Positions 41,201-47,304 of a stretch of 64,000 bases of DNA are shown here, piece by piece. Within the stretch, counting starts at the first letter, position 1. Every line of letters starts with the position of its first letter. Under the pieces are notes generated by a model. That model saw only the letters and a list, made by a program, of their open reading frames with translations. It was not told where the DNA came from and did no database searches. The stretch lies in IMG/VR virus record IMGVR_UViG_3300031998_000056, positions 9,919 through 73,918 of that record; one strand, given 5' to 3'. The stretch comes from a virus. Taxonomy: Duplodnaviria; Caudoviricetes. A program made the position numbers and the translations under genes.

Positions 41201-41229
41201 TGCTGGACGATGTGAAAGCAATGGAATAA
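23224..41229 (+). CDS. 6001-aa polyvalent ejection protein (DarB-like N6-MTase + SF2 helicase, nuclease-like, ART-like, zincin, LPD38-like)
   Basis: LEPSAGNG and NPPF MTase motifs; GDQTGIGKG and MDESH helicase motifs; VVYHGS...FFTD...VFLNIRNP ART-like; HETVAHHG zincin; LPD38-like C-terminus. Confidence 0.9.
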   Translation: MIFMKNESREWLYKTLSGNGYNVGKDYAQFDSLMTNNADSRKWVYETMRSNGYNVGKDYNEFEGLVNPVQATEQPTGVVNRFKDKVSAIKDKAEQVANQPTVHVGGDGMTFTESQLDSIDNGAKPVYVGNQPVQQPKQAVQQTEPRRTLRTPQELKEELRQINPDVADKAEALERTERETRAFAPTHLVEDYNRTAEETNKELTEAFKRGAFRRPTLDDELEAAYRDKARLEEEISANAGPGGASKGWATKMSQASNGSPIDVNTADEDRRAALRQVENRIQTLEDEKNNAGFWRGLSGDLFKPQNWSFGIVDLADATRLRNAVGAGDKVTDTQKELLRNTLLANDAESRYGRNRNAWYRAGKMGALSIQMMPDFMLGMGGMKSAARTGINLATKAGVKALGEKAMQKGLIKYTTKALGLAGGSLAGGARMVNTIQLPRLGAEAMKNYNGNLVQDENGKYKFEDGEENFLDAVLKAEQTLIPEAASEVGGEFTPGVGRILGGLGMKKIAKGLSAVQGTKLYKNVSKALAKTGFNGAPSEAFEEYANDVYSMMLGDKSGIFGENGQGGWGEGQKHLDIWLGTGTLGALLHAPTIAGTGFGAAQYYRYKHKTNTADKNAKELLGAMTWDNIKKSIDNSTNDNISDVVTAIFKAGGLDREGKKAVIDYAGNLQKQRGFSLGLTAAKNEEGRGKEGATADVLDNSYGAGYEAEGREQKEGIKATFDAATQNLDAMGEDIASMVKDEENPPMAVLSYMMGHRDSYSDEQISAAADYYQAKMQLQGMEQAEADNAEIEGEQTPKPLYTTVEQSDGKFNVSSFDKNGNLLGQQSFDTEDEANAYRGEVKMQKEHQDLQDYIGRMGAQGANTIAQFEQENGWEPGTIQKLTEADPMQMSDEELQMADQARAFLQEQAYPPTEVHIGHSEEQGAEAADDADIDTDTPNAEVVASVVVPYVESRDKLSDLFKRNEELAEEVQLYEQMGKSEQEIVSMLDTFKPEDVQTVIDYYNAQARLDGFMNRSKEKIEERVRLERGRRTFKGVINGQPDVRDLVEITDGENTYTLVNGNIRTNEQGQVTGSDGVIIALDQNGNFVSLGGNSTLSVLPSETTLDNWEEAYRNQVQENATASIDPNGVLQETTDNGQPTTEEPIENGEQAGGEAGQTTTGANEPSAPPAPQENQPITIESVTGEDGVKRYEQGVDVDTAIKDMEADGLDVNEWSDLAINEAQEELNKMKAPKTRAEYVKNAQRKNELQATIDYYNNVKNRYTELHPVYADAAPFVERLNKATSKKNADDILNEALQAGVNPSEIQAAHTQKVSDIITKEEEARQRAEEITDTDKKNIAQYGGTPEGRASLLDKKRGSAEKRRKLAKEIYGEYFDDDFEAIRDLRELISSWLGKGRALDPDTFGQELGWDMGVGKDAAKVSTMFTKRRENGGDGMTFNDFVHMVWEASGGRFDTDEIRNELLDMFQGAQDKTDLTEYQLQSRIAEAEMRMQGELERAEQAAQEGETEQAPIGDGMLPFAPMEGEEAPVAPSEQLKPTDLRDNVKPESAKIGESKKELQEKIKGWLTDENVEWAEGKDLNEVIERFGNEPEPIAVMPEIVRKNIPSLDTDYLYCGKAYFIDHHANHHPELDIDEYDNIQEILDSYDDIKDLSDGGNLRIAFVKKLDKGYAVVAELSKENDKIVLHKTFFYRDAAGKRIPYKNKPSILEKWSVDGSTTISPVESQQPADTENISALDQSSEGKDTNESEEKQEKVEKSSSKQDYLTSHPLTEEQIMADAESTEDEKLAAVDYLKGEDDSAISQFYYDEIYRRATQTEEQKDKEVEDKSERTGKTFNLDDVEALKSAPSGVRGAIKDYAVSAYNSAYLKVPSFQFGIPEEQQENMTYEKFLDEFKEQAGVLARGCEKYLPAVYEYIESKLDKRGLNHQKYAQPIETENPTEAIEQAAKSFRQQQKAQDRADIDAALKEFNDFLDGAKGNTLLGKLMYKGLEGNDKAKLDLTVLNAAQRAFMKDLLRLASKVGYAYIKSGVHNVQAWSKQMSESIGKKLKEVLGWDEATIDDFIGEVWEQKYTVDGERMKLREHAEKLNKNKEADQTVNVNKQKNNGTENVVSLQQEAEAEPQPAEKGLQVDFDEIESLKKAPFSVRETIKDNAIWAYQDAVISNLGSIFGFTHEEREEKKYNSFVENFNRRAGDLLSKGCEPYLRDVYDYISKKIGEQLERRKAEKEAEVATESQQTGKLEGDSAEFAKEQKKKSELGVAIFSALRAAVFDGDVQLKTMQNVKALAKEYGLENLSSTDLQEMVEAEVVQLARRIAEHKKWTPEQKYENIVRLYQTQPSLNARDNDRINLQQYSTPAPMAYLMGRFVDPNDEAQSGLEPSAGNGMLTIGLPKDIMHVNDIDEMRLSNLAKQGFKEVTSQDGTLPFGDKKYDVIVTNPPFGSTEPKVYDLYSISGLEHQMAINALDAMKDDGRAAIIIGGNTEYTNTGVIKGKDRSFLNYLYSHYNVVDVINMDGKSLYSRQGTGFPVRMILINGRKEFEPNTFAPVQSKARAEQIKTYDELYKRVNDDILSDNNKPAGVHDTESGEGGRVDDTRHAGASAQTGVRNVRTEGGEGQPSVRAELRPSVQGGDNATERTDAAEQQEVDRGLPDVGGRSGANEPSGSAPAPANGEGGNVSERGNDTERPAAESGEPSGGGRSPRVDDTHRVLGAEKVPYRPQSNNPYSLQSQMPAEQADVVKKALEDLGDVDEFLVRELGYSSVEDLYHGSQSPEKHGGLAAEQIDSVAMAIHQMNQGNAFIIGDQTGIGKGRQAAALIRYGVKKGGFPVFITVKKALFSDMYRDLCDIGSPKLKPFIWSADDSEHSGNVTDKDGKVIYEMPSKSEQKRVVDYINKYGKLPKEYDYVLTTYDAFKSGTMDYENGQKKARKFAKGKTAGPVHINGQAKRDALERLAENSYVIMDESHNAGGEGSNISNYLQYITTRAKGITFLSATFAKRPGNMPIYSLKTAIAKAGVEVADLIDAVKRGGATFQEIMSKALTEAGQMIRRERDMTGVTIDWRGIEDEQVIEKQRQQYDEIIGLFNDIIDFQRTYVDPIIDKLNDDAADAQGAVDHTPGTRDMGINNTPFASRTYNMVQQVLLSLKAEEAAKRAIEHLKEERKAVITVANTNEGAADEVSAANGESMEMPDLSVNLKKGLRGTLRITRKDGYGDSKNSEIPFGSLSPEGQARYQEIMDAIDNASTGLSLSPIDVIKNELKKAGYKVGELTGRKAEFVYNEDGSVKRVNRKDTDKKKVAADFNNGKLDALILNKSAGTGISLHASTTFKDQHQRIMIVAQAQGDVNDEVQIRGRIDRTGQVQRGAYEYVVSQIPSEQRLLMMLKAKLRSLDANTTSSQKSKFNEMQVQDIINKYGDQIVIQYLAEHVDLAEKMQNPLKWDGDWQTNTPEQLVNTASKADTDGGTASKVLGRMALLKVKEQEQMLDDISSLYQAEIDRLNDMGENDLEITEMPLKAKTLSKQVWEQGIEPGGKNPFADNSYVEKVNMDVLRKPMKGSEVKAAQERLLGGKTWDEYKQSVLDKLDKWAEDKKSDTTETITARAEKKAEAEKEKYIKGAKKAQEKNGMTDAEIEKNGQLQYDTFYKQEMEKLNNALAAIEKQKDVFVDALETFTTDGVYALPSNIYDLGRMTFEPGFGKLIDMKIADNFSTSASTISFATLDGRRKITIPISGMVKQQNNEKRGIFPIINTLTAQTRHGMFGQNMSNTLKVLGQNLDNWDKLTSTAARKDGYIITGNLLKALVSTREQHVGGKLISYTADTGEVRQGILMPDNFEPAGLTSKTPISAKKDELRYSRDKVESADGDVSIRVTNDYDWREHAYNTLELTVPKSVKKGAKYFNDQTLLDLMQGQFEGSSRMKAEFKRENLDAVMKRLDELGVTVQEQNNNDTDRRFDEDIEDAYTAEEQSIIDEAKKNGTYMKAPNGKKSNLTPKQWVRVRTKAFKDWFGDWLKGAQAVTVVNTSLEHGFKNFADARQWAKKNIARVYTNEETGGKGEIRISGNAIEKFTSEDAVKKSDNKDVHMAVLKVLPSVIKEGVDADTHPDYIKIDGVRKPENGVNPGVTIHRVYGGVEIDGKIYRVKVTLKEDRTQEIKKRAYSYEATKIELMDGQSATPVGVPRNSNNSILLANLLKNIDKSYTNGEKIIDSSQIIDENGEPKVVYHGSRSNNISVFDNSKAEARHSGSTLSKHSDRTHFFTDSEDAADASYAKGITGTVYPVFLNIRNPKVVDNKGARWDGTGYVLQKKSRITNGWRRVYPKNGNLDYFTNGDHINKDGHTNYRDDSEYKYELVNVTEPTDVIVEKAILDEQQYDGVIIKNVVDASSNYDEPVIADDFVTFVSPNQIKSATENNGDYSNENPGIRFDQGVAEARQQSDSKQRIAQHIDSLVKKLGTKAKTTVYHSLSELPADARRHVEDAHKRGRKVRGWYENGRVYLFLPDIDSTYQAEKTIWHETVAHHGLRELIGAKNYNELLKRLWLEHKDGDMGEWVTKRMEQNGWSLAEAIDEYLAREAEKEPFKEPSLWKRLQWMLTEILHKMGFTSDPTITDIQYLFWVSQNQIRENDPMTKMKQAAFLFRLEREVPDTPYVNMMARKVEDIYNPEALDAYDDGRRHSEETDEEVIERLEKEPKVKAYRAMQLIDGKLYPPMAAKQGGKLVAPIELGKWERADEHPEMADENGKFKLDKGNGKTLKAAYNPYIHTSTTMLNDQFSEAQSRPNLVVVEVEVPESELTSGYKAEKAKDSVGKVDWKAGVIQGQLSGTREVILSRWDKPVRIVPVEEVAKHIADMVKDRVEVMPTNVVTPQQREEMEKLGVKFVETDNRGMLVDGENKGKSYSSVYGKKAERRYDEDIDDPMEESVKDMYNERTDTAQFVMTEAYQDSMLALKTAQNAIVKDGDIPDSQNAYQAENLMHGKSKNEQDLFNVNFRDPLVKTTNKILNKMGWTMRRMNQYLITKSGLERNRELFVRDWLEKERKRRVTKEENLNDAEHAIYERIVRAIEDDFEDGNITEEQKNARLASAVNDAHLEHIENVEIGWQAMKSRWNNPNYTFAEYMNDLTQYIQGTIDEDYDPSKNDYSGLTEIYGGQFDDVEATNDVMNDETAMEADAEMLWRQINEANKYGLERYREAGMRSDEEIDRIERMFHWYVPLRGFDKETAEDVYQYFTSKQKANSYVGGLIKRAKGRKSQAKSPMATMFAMAYKAIGDCNQNLVNQHLYRLCQAHPNDLVIISDAWARLNQTTGMWEESYPTIPDNATDEEIRQITLAWEQENKRLELQGEARRINGKGKFDYKFADKKSRDEHIVEVMINGKKKLMTVVGNPRMAQALNGQTRFSNAKNFLSSWNSRIKHMMSSAYTSYNPTFAMRNLMRDWTHFRMMLGVREGQGYARAANKYYRETFPRPIHTRGKEGMKTLFKKYRDGTLDMNKEVEKDFKDFMDNGGITGFVQMQKLEDIEKHMNNLNKQLKAGKTIKLNNKIWDMTLGVVEAYNEAIENNARFATYRASRHYAGRTKARSAYDAKEVTVNFNRKGAGAKTAGFKSKRDRVTHAAQVAGVTSQVLGEGRIFNNATIQAIATTFKNFQNPDGSINKGYVARWAKGYAIPPFVLGFVMPYINGALFAMLGGSGDDDPYANLPDWVRRKNLCFYLGFDSFLTTPVAQELAAFLTLGDIAAGVTYAPELKPIDRGWEEELADVLNTFSPVDIDKKITNGGLFSKDWMLEIMGKTFSVLTPAISVAENRSWTGRPIFREDRYENDIYTPEYQMVYRDTNPILVEASKWLNDISGGDEDKRGWIQVNPAIVQYLFEQFTGGPGKTLSNFISIGRDIKDLLKEGSAGDFNARKVEGLKAFVQQGDDRTQYYRTLAKYRKYGEDAKELKDEVSRKMKRAEDGDVDALLKLQEIDKSVEAERMRIYYDYEKDLRKLYSMMLSTEDKALKKELQKDYNEAVKEVVDLLDDVKAME

Positions 41230-41242
41230 CACCTCCTACCAA

Positions 41243-41278
41243 AAGAACCACCCCACCATCTCGGCGGGGTGATTTCTT
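41243..41278. terminator. bidirectional terminator
   Basis: CACCCC...GGGGTG stem between convergent genes. Confidence 0.6.
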
Positions 41279-41346
41279 GTCAATAACTAAATAACCTAAA
41301 ACTATGAAATTGTTATAACCGTAAAATGTATCAGCTTGAAGAATTA

Positions 41347-43023
41347 TCACACCTCGCTGCCAGCGGTAAAGCTGCCCGTGCCAGAGTTTCCGATAAATGT
41401 ATCTCCAACCAAGTCATACAGGCCAATGGCAGAGTCGGAGTCTCTCTTGGCTGGTATCAAATCCATCTCTTTCGTGTCGTCATCCCATATCTCGCATCTG
41501 AAAATCTTGCCTTTTATCTTTTGATAGCTTGTGTCTGCCACGCCTCCGTTGTTTCTTGTACACAAAAAGATTGGGTATAGTGCAGTCCAAGTAGACGAAG
41601 GTAATGTGGTTACAACACTTCCGTTTATTGACACGACATTCTTGTTGAAATACACCTCATATTCTGTATCAGCGGCATTATGTCCAGAAACAATCGCAAG
41701 CGTGCCGTTGCCGTCACCGAATCCGACCTTTTCTGTCGTACCTGCCACTCTTACCAATCCGCTTTTCGCATCATTTGCATTTCCAGCAGACGTGCAACCG
41801 AAAACAAAATATTGTTTTGAAATGTCCGTCAGAGAATATTTTACACGTATCTTCGTGTCTTGGTCGGGCGTGAAGCCTGTGTTGATATATTGACTGCCAG
41901 TCGCCTCTATGTATGATAGTTCTGTATATCCTGCTGGCAATCGTCTTGAGTCTTCTTCATAGATGAGGTTACTGCCGACATAGACCTTCTTCACTTTCTG
42001 GGCAACACCGCTACCGTCTGTGATGTATCTGGAAACCATTGCGGAATCCATGTCAATATCGTATTCAATAGGAGTAGCAAGCTCATATATCAGTTTTGTT
42101 CCTGTATTCGCTGTTGTAAATGCAGGGGCTGTCGAATAGTCACTATCTTTACAATATATGTATGTATTATTTGCCAGCGCAATGCTTTTTTCTTCAAGAG
42201 AAGCATAAGCCACTACTATATATTTTGAGCATTTGGCATCTAAAGCGTTAGTGGCAGAGTATTGTACTGCATCTGATGGAAGAGATGCGTAGAAAGACGC
42301 AGTTAATTTCGTCCAACTTAATGAGCCGAAATCTACTACGCCAAGTCTTTTTATGGCTTTTCCTAATGAAAAATCTATCTCGTCTCTTACGTCCCCCCTA
42401 CACAACATTCCATCTGGGAAAATTGTTTCTTTTGTACTTGAACCGCTTTCTGTGCCTTTGATAGTTGTAACATTAAGCAATATCTCTGAAATTATAGCAT
42501 TACTGCTGCTTCTTGTCTTTATACCTGTCATCTTGCAAAACTTCGCGCTTCCAGCATCGTAAGGCAAATACGACAGGTTTTCACCGAACCATTTGTAGTA
42601 GTCTGCTTCAAATGCTTCAACCGTTGAAGGCTCAGCACCCTTCCCGTAGATAAGAGTAAGGTCAATGCAGTTTCTTTCCGTGCTGTCCTGCGTGAATGTA
42701 ATAGTCGAAGATATGGACTTTGCTATTGTGCTGCCATTTTTTTCTCTGATGAAGTATTTATGATTAGTCAAAGCTGTTGGCTCTGTACTATCATAAAGCT
42801 GATTCATCATTACGACATTCCCTTTTACATCAGTTATGATGGCAGTTCCTTCGCCGCTAATAGAGCCTCCTCCTGTGTTCCTTTTGGTAAACTCTTGGCC
42901 TGTCTGTGCTGTACCATTGTAACTAATAGACAGAACGGGTGCGACACCCCCTGTAGATGATGTTACCTCTTCTGTCCCACCACCATCATATTGATACTTG
43001 TGTTTTATCGGATACTTTATCAT
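41347..43023 (-). CDS. tail fibre / receptor-binding protein
   Basis: C-terminal LPAGYTELSYIEATGSQYINTG...GLYDLVG...GNSGTGSF lectin-like module common in gut-phage fibres. Confidence 0.75.
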   Translation of the reverse strand: MIKYPIKHKYQYDGGGTEEVTSSTGGVAPVLSISYNGTAQTGQEFTKRNTGGGSISGEGTAIITDVKGNVVMMNQLYDSTEPTALTNHKYFIREKNGSTIAKSISSTITFTQDSTERNCIDLTLIYGKGAEPSTVEAFEADYYKWFGENLSYLPYDAGSAKFCKMTGIKTRSSSNAIISEILLNVTTIKGTESGSSTKETIFPDGMLCRGDVRDEIDFSLGKAIKRLGVVDFGSLSWTKLTASFYASLPSDAVQYSATNALDAKCSKYIVVAYASLEEKSIALANNTYIYCKDSDYSTAPAFTTANTGTKLIYELATPIEYDIDMDSAMVSRYITDGSGVAQKVKKVYVGSNLIYEEDSRRLPAGYTELSYIEATGSQYINTGFTPDQDTKIRVKYSLTDISKQYFVFGCTSAGNANDAKSGLVRVAGTTEKVGFGDGNGTLAIVSGHNAADTEYEVYFNKNVVSINGSVVTTLPSSTWTALYPIFLCTRNNGGVADTSYQKIKGKIFRCEIWDDDTKEMDLIPAKRDSDSAIGLYDLVGDTFIGNSGTGSFTAGSEV

Positions 43024-45854
43024 GGCTCAATGATGTTATATTCAGTGTTAATATCTTTAGTAGTCAGTGCATCGTACTCTTGTTGTGTAAGTACGACCAC
43101 CGTTCTTACATCTGTAGATGCTATCATTCCGTTCCACGTTGCCTTTTCAGTGTCAGTGACAAGTCTGTGTGTGGAGTCATCCGAAAGTTCAGACAGGGCT
43201 GTAGGAACATTTGACGGGCTTACTGATTCCCATGTCACCGTACCATTGTTTGCAATGGCTGTGGCATATACAGGGCTGTTCAGTGTTGTATCAAAATACT
43301 CAAATCCTATGTCGTTGGTAGGATCAAGGACACCTCCCGTTGCACCCTTTCCCTTCGGTCTGTCAGTTGTCGAACCCTTGGTCGGTGCTTGGGCTGTGAA
43401 GCCGTTGTCGTCTACCCACTTGCTGCCGTTCCAACTGATAGTCTTATTCAAGTCGGTTGCAAAGTAGGTGTAGTCTGTAGTGATTCCCGTCAAGACAGGT
43501 GCATCTGCAAACGCCCCTCTCCCAGAGTGAGGATACATGTCGATGAAGTTGCATATCTTAGTATCGTTTTCACCGTCCACAACATGCACATATTCTACAT
43601 CGTAGTAGGAACCATCTGTCGGGTTAAGATTTTCAGAACCTGCTTGTGGAATAATCAAAACACAACCTCTTACTCCAGTTGTTTCAAAAGGCACACTTCC
43701 CTCAAGGACGAGAGCCGTTCCCTTAAATTCACTCGGACAAACCTGATAGCCATATGTACCTCTTGAAGCAAGGTAATAAAGACCGTCTAAGTTGGAAGAG
43801 ACATCTGCGTCATCCTTGAAGTTTATGCACAGATTCAACCCTGCCGATTTCTTGATTCTGTATCTGATAGAATACCTTCCAGGTTTCGGAACATGATAGG
43901 GTATTGCCAATCCGAAGAAGTTGGTTGTCGTTTTAGCCATTCTCACACAATAGCCACCCCTGTTATTTGATGTTTCCAAGCGAGTCATCTCACCTGCCTT
44001 GGTATAGCCAGCATAATAGGAGGTGTTCTGCATCGGAATACAGGGGTTGCAATAGCTTGTAATGTTTCCATTCAGCGTATAGGAAGGAACAGCCTCTATT
44101 TTTTCAATATTCGCGCTGTTTGCTATGTCACACGCAGCCAATCCATACGATCTGTCATCGCAGAACCTTACATTGTTGGTGGATAATTTTGCAGTCGAAC
44201 CCATAATAATAGACACTGCATTACTCTTCTGTCCGTTCACAGAATTTGATACGGTACAATCCGCCAATTCCAAATGACCAGATATGACATTAACCGTACA
44301 CCTTCTTGTGGTCTTGTCATCTGAACCATACGCTTGGGTGTAAGAGCCGCCGATTGCAGACGATGGGCTTGCAATCCTCAGTTTTGCATTGTTGAGAGTG
44401 ACGGCTTCCTTTCCTTCGTCTGCGAAATAAACGTTAAGGAAATCCATATAACTCTTTGCGTCCGCAGATGCGTCACAATAGACCTTATACTCATCTCCTT
44501 CAAGGAATCCCCCTCGCATGACTATTGATGAGAAATAGTCCGTCAGATAAACTCCGTAGGAACAGCCGTTAATCTTTGTGTTGATGATGTCAAGCGCACC
44601 TCTCCAGCCCGTTCCAGCAAGTTTAAATCCATAGTTGGCGTAATAGATATAACAATCACGAATATGATTGTAACATGCGCCGTTGCAATACTCTATGGCG
44701 ATATTGAAGTAATAGATGTTGAGGTTTATAAGGGAAATACCTTGCGCACGGCCATTCAAAGATATGGCTGTTTGTGTCTTTGAGCCAGATATGCCTTTGA
44801 GAACCACGCCGTCCAAAGTAATCTCAGATTCCGAAAGATTCAGTAATGCGCCAGATGACACGTTATAATCGGCACTACACTTCAAACCGTAATATCCATT
44901 ACCCTTGATAGTCTTTTTCCTTTGGGAACTTCCGATATTTACGTTGATACTTTTTGAGATGATTATCTCATTCTGAATGCCCTCCATTGAAAGGGTGTTA
45001 TCCTTGATGAAAGATACGGCCCTTTGGAAATTGTCCGAATCATCTGTTGTTCCGTCAGCAACCACGCCAAACCATTGCACCTGTATGACGGGAACATTCC
45101 AAGAACCGCTGAGAGTCACATCCTCGCCGAATATCTTTGTCAAAGGTGCGTCTATCTTCGTGTTCTGACCTGTGATCGTGCCATTATCAAAGCTACCTCC
45201 GTCAAACTCTAATACACAGCCTGTAGGGATGGTGATTGTCTCGCCATCCAAGTCATAATCATACTGGACTACAAAGACGGTATTGGTGTTTGGCACTCTT
45301 GAGCCTTCTTCGTCCTTGTATAGCATGTCTTGGGCGAGAATGTTCACGTTGCTTACCAAGTTCTTTCGCAGATACACACGACCAAGACCGCTATATACTG
45401 AAGGGACATAAGATTTGTCTTTGAGTTTAAGAACATCAGTACCACCGATATTTACAGATGTAAGGTCTTCCTCGTCTGGTGCGTTGTTAACATCTCCGAA
45501 TATCTGTATTGGCTGGTATTGGCTAACAATCGCATTGACATCGCTCTCGATCTGCTCTTTAAAATCTTCAAACACTGACATGACATCGTCTATTGCATGT
45601 TCAGCGATTTTATCTCTGGTTACTGCTTGATCAGCGATTTTTTCAGTCGTAACAGCACCGTCCGCAACCATCCTTTCTGTTACCATGAATGTCGGGTCGA
45701 GCTTGTCGAGTGTAATTGTCGCGTCTGCGATTTTTGTATCGGTAACTGCGCCATCTGATATTTTGTCGGTCGTAACAGCGCCTTTGAGTATGTCATCGCT
45801 TTCTACAAGAGGCACCTTGTGCCCAAGATGTAGGTCGTCTCTAAATGTAGGCAT
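43020..45854 (-). CDS. tailspike with beta-helix (pectate-lyase-like) domain
   Basis: Likely start MPTFRDDL at 45854; AVTTDKI repeats; WFGVVADGTTDDSDNFQRA beta-helix cap motif. Confidence 0.75.
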   Translation of the reverse strand: MPTFRDDLHLGHKVPLVESDDILKGAVTTDKISDGAVTDTKIADATITLDKLDPTFMVTERMVADGAVTTEKIADQAVTRDKIAEHAIDDVMSVFEDFKEQIESDVNAIVSQYQPIQIFGDVNNAPDEEDLTSVNIGGTDVLKLKDKSYVPSVYSGLGRVYLRKNLVSNVNILAQDMLYKDEEGSRVPNTNTVFVVQYDYDLDGETITIPTGCVLEFDGGSFDNGTITGQNTKIDAPLTKIFGEDVTLSGSWNVPVIQVQWFGVVADGTTDDSDNFQRAVSFIKDNTLSMEGIQNEIIISKSINVNIGSSQRKKTIKGNGYYGLKCSADYNVSSGALLNLSESEITLDGVVLKGISGSKTQTAISLNGRAQGISLINLNIYYFNIAIEYCNGACYNHIRDCYIYYANYGFKLAGTGWRGALDIINTKINGCSYGVYLTDYFSSIVMRGGFLEGDEYKVYCDASADAKSYMDFLNVYFADEGKEAVTLNNAKLRIASPSSAIGGSYTQAYGSDDKTTRRCTVNVISGHLELADCTVSNSVNGQKSNAVSIIMGSTAKLSTNNVRFCDDRSYGLAACDIANSANIEKIEAVPSYTLNGNITSYCNPCIPMQNTSYYAGYTKAGEMTRLETSNNRGGYCVRMAKTTTNFFGLAIPYHVPKPGRYSIRYRIKKSAGLNLCINFKDDADVSSNLDGLYYLASRGTYGYQVCPSEFKGTALVLEGSVPFETTGVRGCVLIIPQAGSENLNPTDGSYYDVEYVHVVDGENDTKICNFIDMYPHSGRGAFADAPVLTGITTDYTYFATDLNKTISWNGSKWVDDNGFTAQAPTKGSTTDRPKGKGATGGVLDPTNDIGFEYFDTTLNSPVYATAIANNGTVTWESVSPSNVPTALSELSDDSTHRLVTDTEKATWNGMIASTDVRTVVVLTQQEYDALTTKDINTEYNIIEP

Positions 45855-45891
45855 ATATTTAACTTTGTGATTGAGGTTTGTGATTTGAGGT

Positions 45892-46206
45892 TTATGCTGA
45901 CTCGGTAATACAATACAGGGTGTTGGCATCTTTGTCAGTCAATTGTTCGTAGTCAGATTCTGATATGACAACGATAGTAGTGACATCTTCCGATGTTATC
46001 ATCCCTGTTGTTTCAGTACCGACATAAGACTTGTCGGCGAGCTTGTTTGAGGAAGAAGCCTCTTCCGGGATTTTTCCTTCGATGGCAGAAACATCGTCTT
46101 GAAGTTCTTTTATCTCTCCATCTACGGGGTTCTCTGTAGTCTTTTTATGGTCTACCACGCTGACGGGGTAGATGAGTTGTCCGTTATGGTATCCTGATTG
46201 GCTCAT
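45892..46206 (-). CDS. small tail-fibre-associated protein
   Basis: C-terminus resembles the tailspike C-terminus (DVxTxVV...EYxxLTxKD.NT.Y.I). Confidence 0.6.
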   Translation of the reverse strand: MSQSGYHNGQLIYPVSVVDHKKTTENPVDGEIKELQDDVSAIEGKIPEEASSSNKLADKSYVGTETTGMITSEDVTTIVVISESDYEQLTDKDANTLYCITESA

Positions 46207-46242
46207 TGTTTACTTTGAACTTTTAACTTTGAACTTGAAACT

Positions 46243-46575
46243 TTATATACTCGATTTCTGTATAGAGGATGGGATGGAGGTGGTGCAGATTCTGACGAAG
46301 CGGCCTGTGTCGTATACTCCGTTTGTCTTTTCGCCTCCATCAACGTATGTGCCGTGATAGACACGTATTCTAAAGTCCGGGCCAGCCCACTTGGTTATTA
46401 GTGCCTTGGGGTAGGCTCCGTATTCTGTTTCGCTTTTCTTGATGACCACTCTTCCCTTGTCGGGTAGTGTGATTTCCAGCCAGCAATCGCCTGTAAGCTC
46501 AAGTGTGTCGCTTACCCATGCGTTGGCTTCGTTGCTCCACGCGCCTCGGATGTCAGTTATTTCTCCGTTTCTCAT
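46243..46575 (-). CDS. hypothetical virion protein
   Basis: 110-aa coupled ORF in the structural operon. Confidence 0.65.
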   Translation of the reverse strand: MRNGEITDIRGAWSNEANAWVSDTLELTGDCWLEITLPDKGRVVIKKSETEYGAYPKALITKWAGPDFRIRVYHGTYVDGGEKTNGVYDTGRFVRICTTSIPSSIQKSSI

Positions 46576-47300
46576 TTTCCTAAGTTTTGTTTGGCTATGT
46601 CGAGCATACGTTCTGCGCGTGGGTCGCCGTATGCTGAACAGAGCAGGTAGGCAAGGTAATAGATAAAAGATGTTCTTACGCGAGGGGGTAGGGCGTAGGC
46701 AACTACGGTTTCAGCTTGCGCACCCGTGCCATTGATTCCCTTTGGCTCTACGGAAGCGACATAAGTATAATTGACATGCTGTGTACTCGTCCAAGGCCAT
46801 ACTTCTATTTGTCGTACACTCTTTTCGATGAGTGCTGCCTGTGGCCTGTCGGCTGTGGCTGTTGCCCCGTTCTCGTCATAGAGTTGCAAGTATTCGTCCG
46901 AATCTTCAGTAATAGGAACTCTGACAGCCCTGTGCCATCCATCGACCCTTACTCTTGCAAGTTTTATGAAGTTTCCGTCTACGTTAAATCGGCCTGCTGT
47001 TTGGCCAGTAATTGTGGCAATCTTTGCAGTCTGACCCTCTTGGTTATAGAGGTCAACATCGACCATAATACCTGTATCAACAGGAGCTGTTGTGCCTCCA
47101 GATGTCTCTTCTTCGTCACTCCCTCCTAACAGGTCGGCAGGAGCATACAGGCACACCCATCTGAGTGCGTCTTTGATTTTGTCCTTGATGATGTTATCCA
47201 TCAAAGGAACATCGTCTGAAGCGCTGTTAAAAGAGGTACTGTTGGTAGCCTCTTCGTCGATGCACCAACGTACCCCCTTTATGATGTCTGCAATCTCCAT
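46572..47300 (-). CDS. putative head-tail adaptor
   Basis: 242 aa; helical N- and C-termini, in the head operon. Confidence 0.5.
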   Translation of the reverse strand: MEIADIIKGVRWCIDEEATNSTSFNSASDDVPLMDNIIKDKIKDALRWVCLYAPADLLGGSDEEETSGGTTAPVDTGIMVDVDLYNQEGQTAKIATITGQTAGRFNVDGNFIKLARVRVDGWHRAVRVPITEDSDEYLQLYDENGATATADRPQAALIEKSVRQIEVWPWTSTQHVNYTYVASVEPKGINGTGAQAETVVAYALPPRVRTSFIYYLAYLLCSAYGDPRAERMLDIAKQNLGK

Positions 47301-47304
47301 AAGA

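Noticed and set aside
23396-41232. Many minus-strand ORFs over the giant gene (e.g. 38410..39399, 24871..25491)
   Set aside because: Shadow ORFs on the antisense strand of a long gene with biased codon use
41347-45854. Diversity-generating retroelement targeting the fibres
   Set aside because: No reverse transcriptase and no adenine-only-mismatched TR/VR pair was seen in the window
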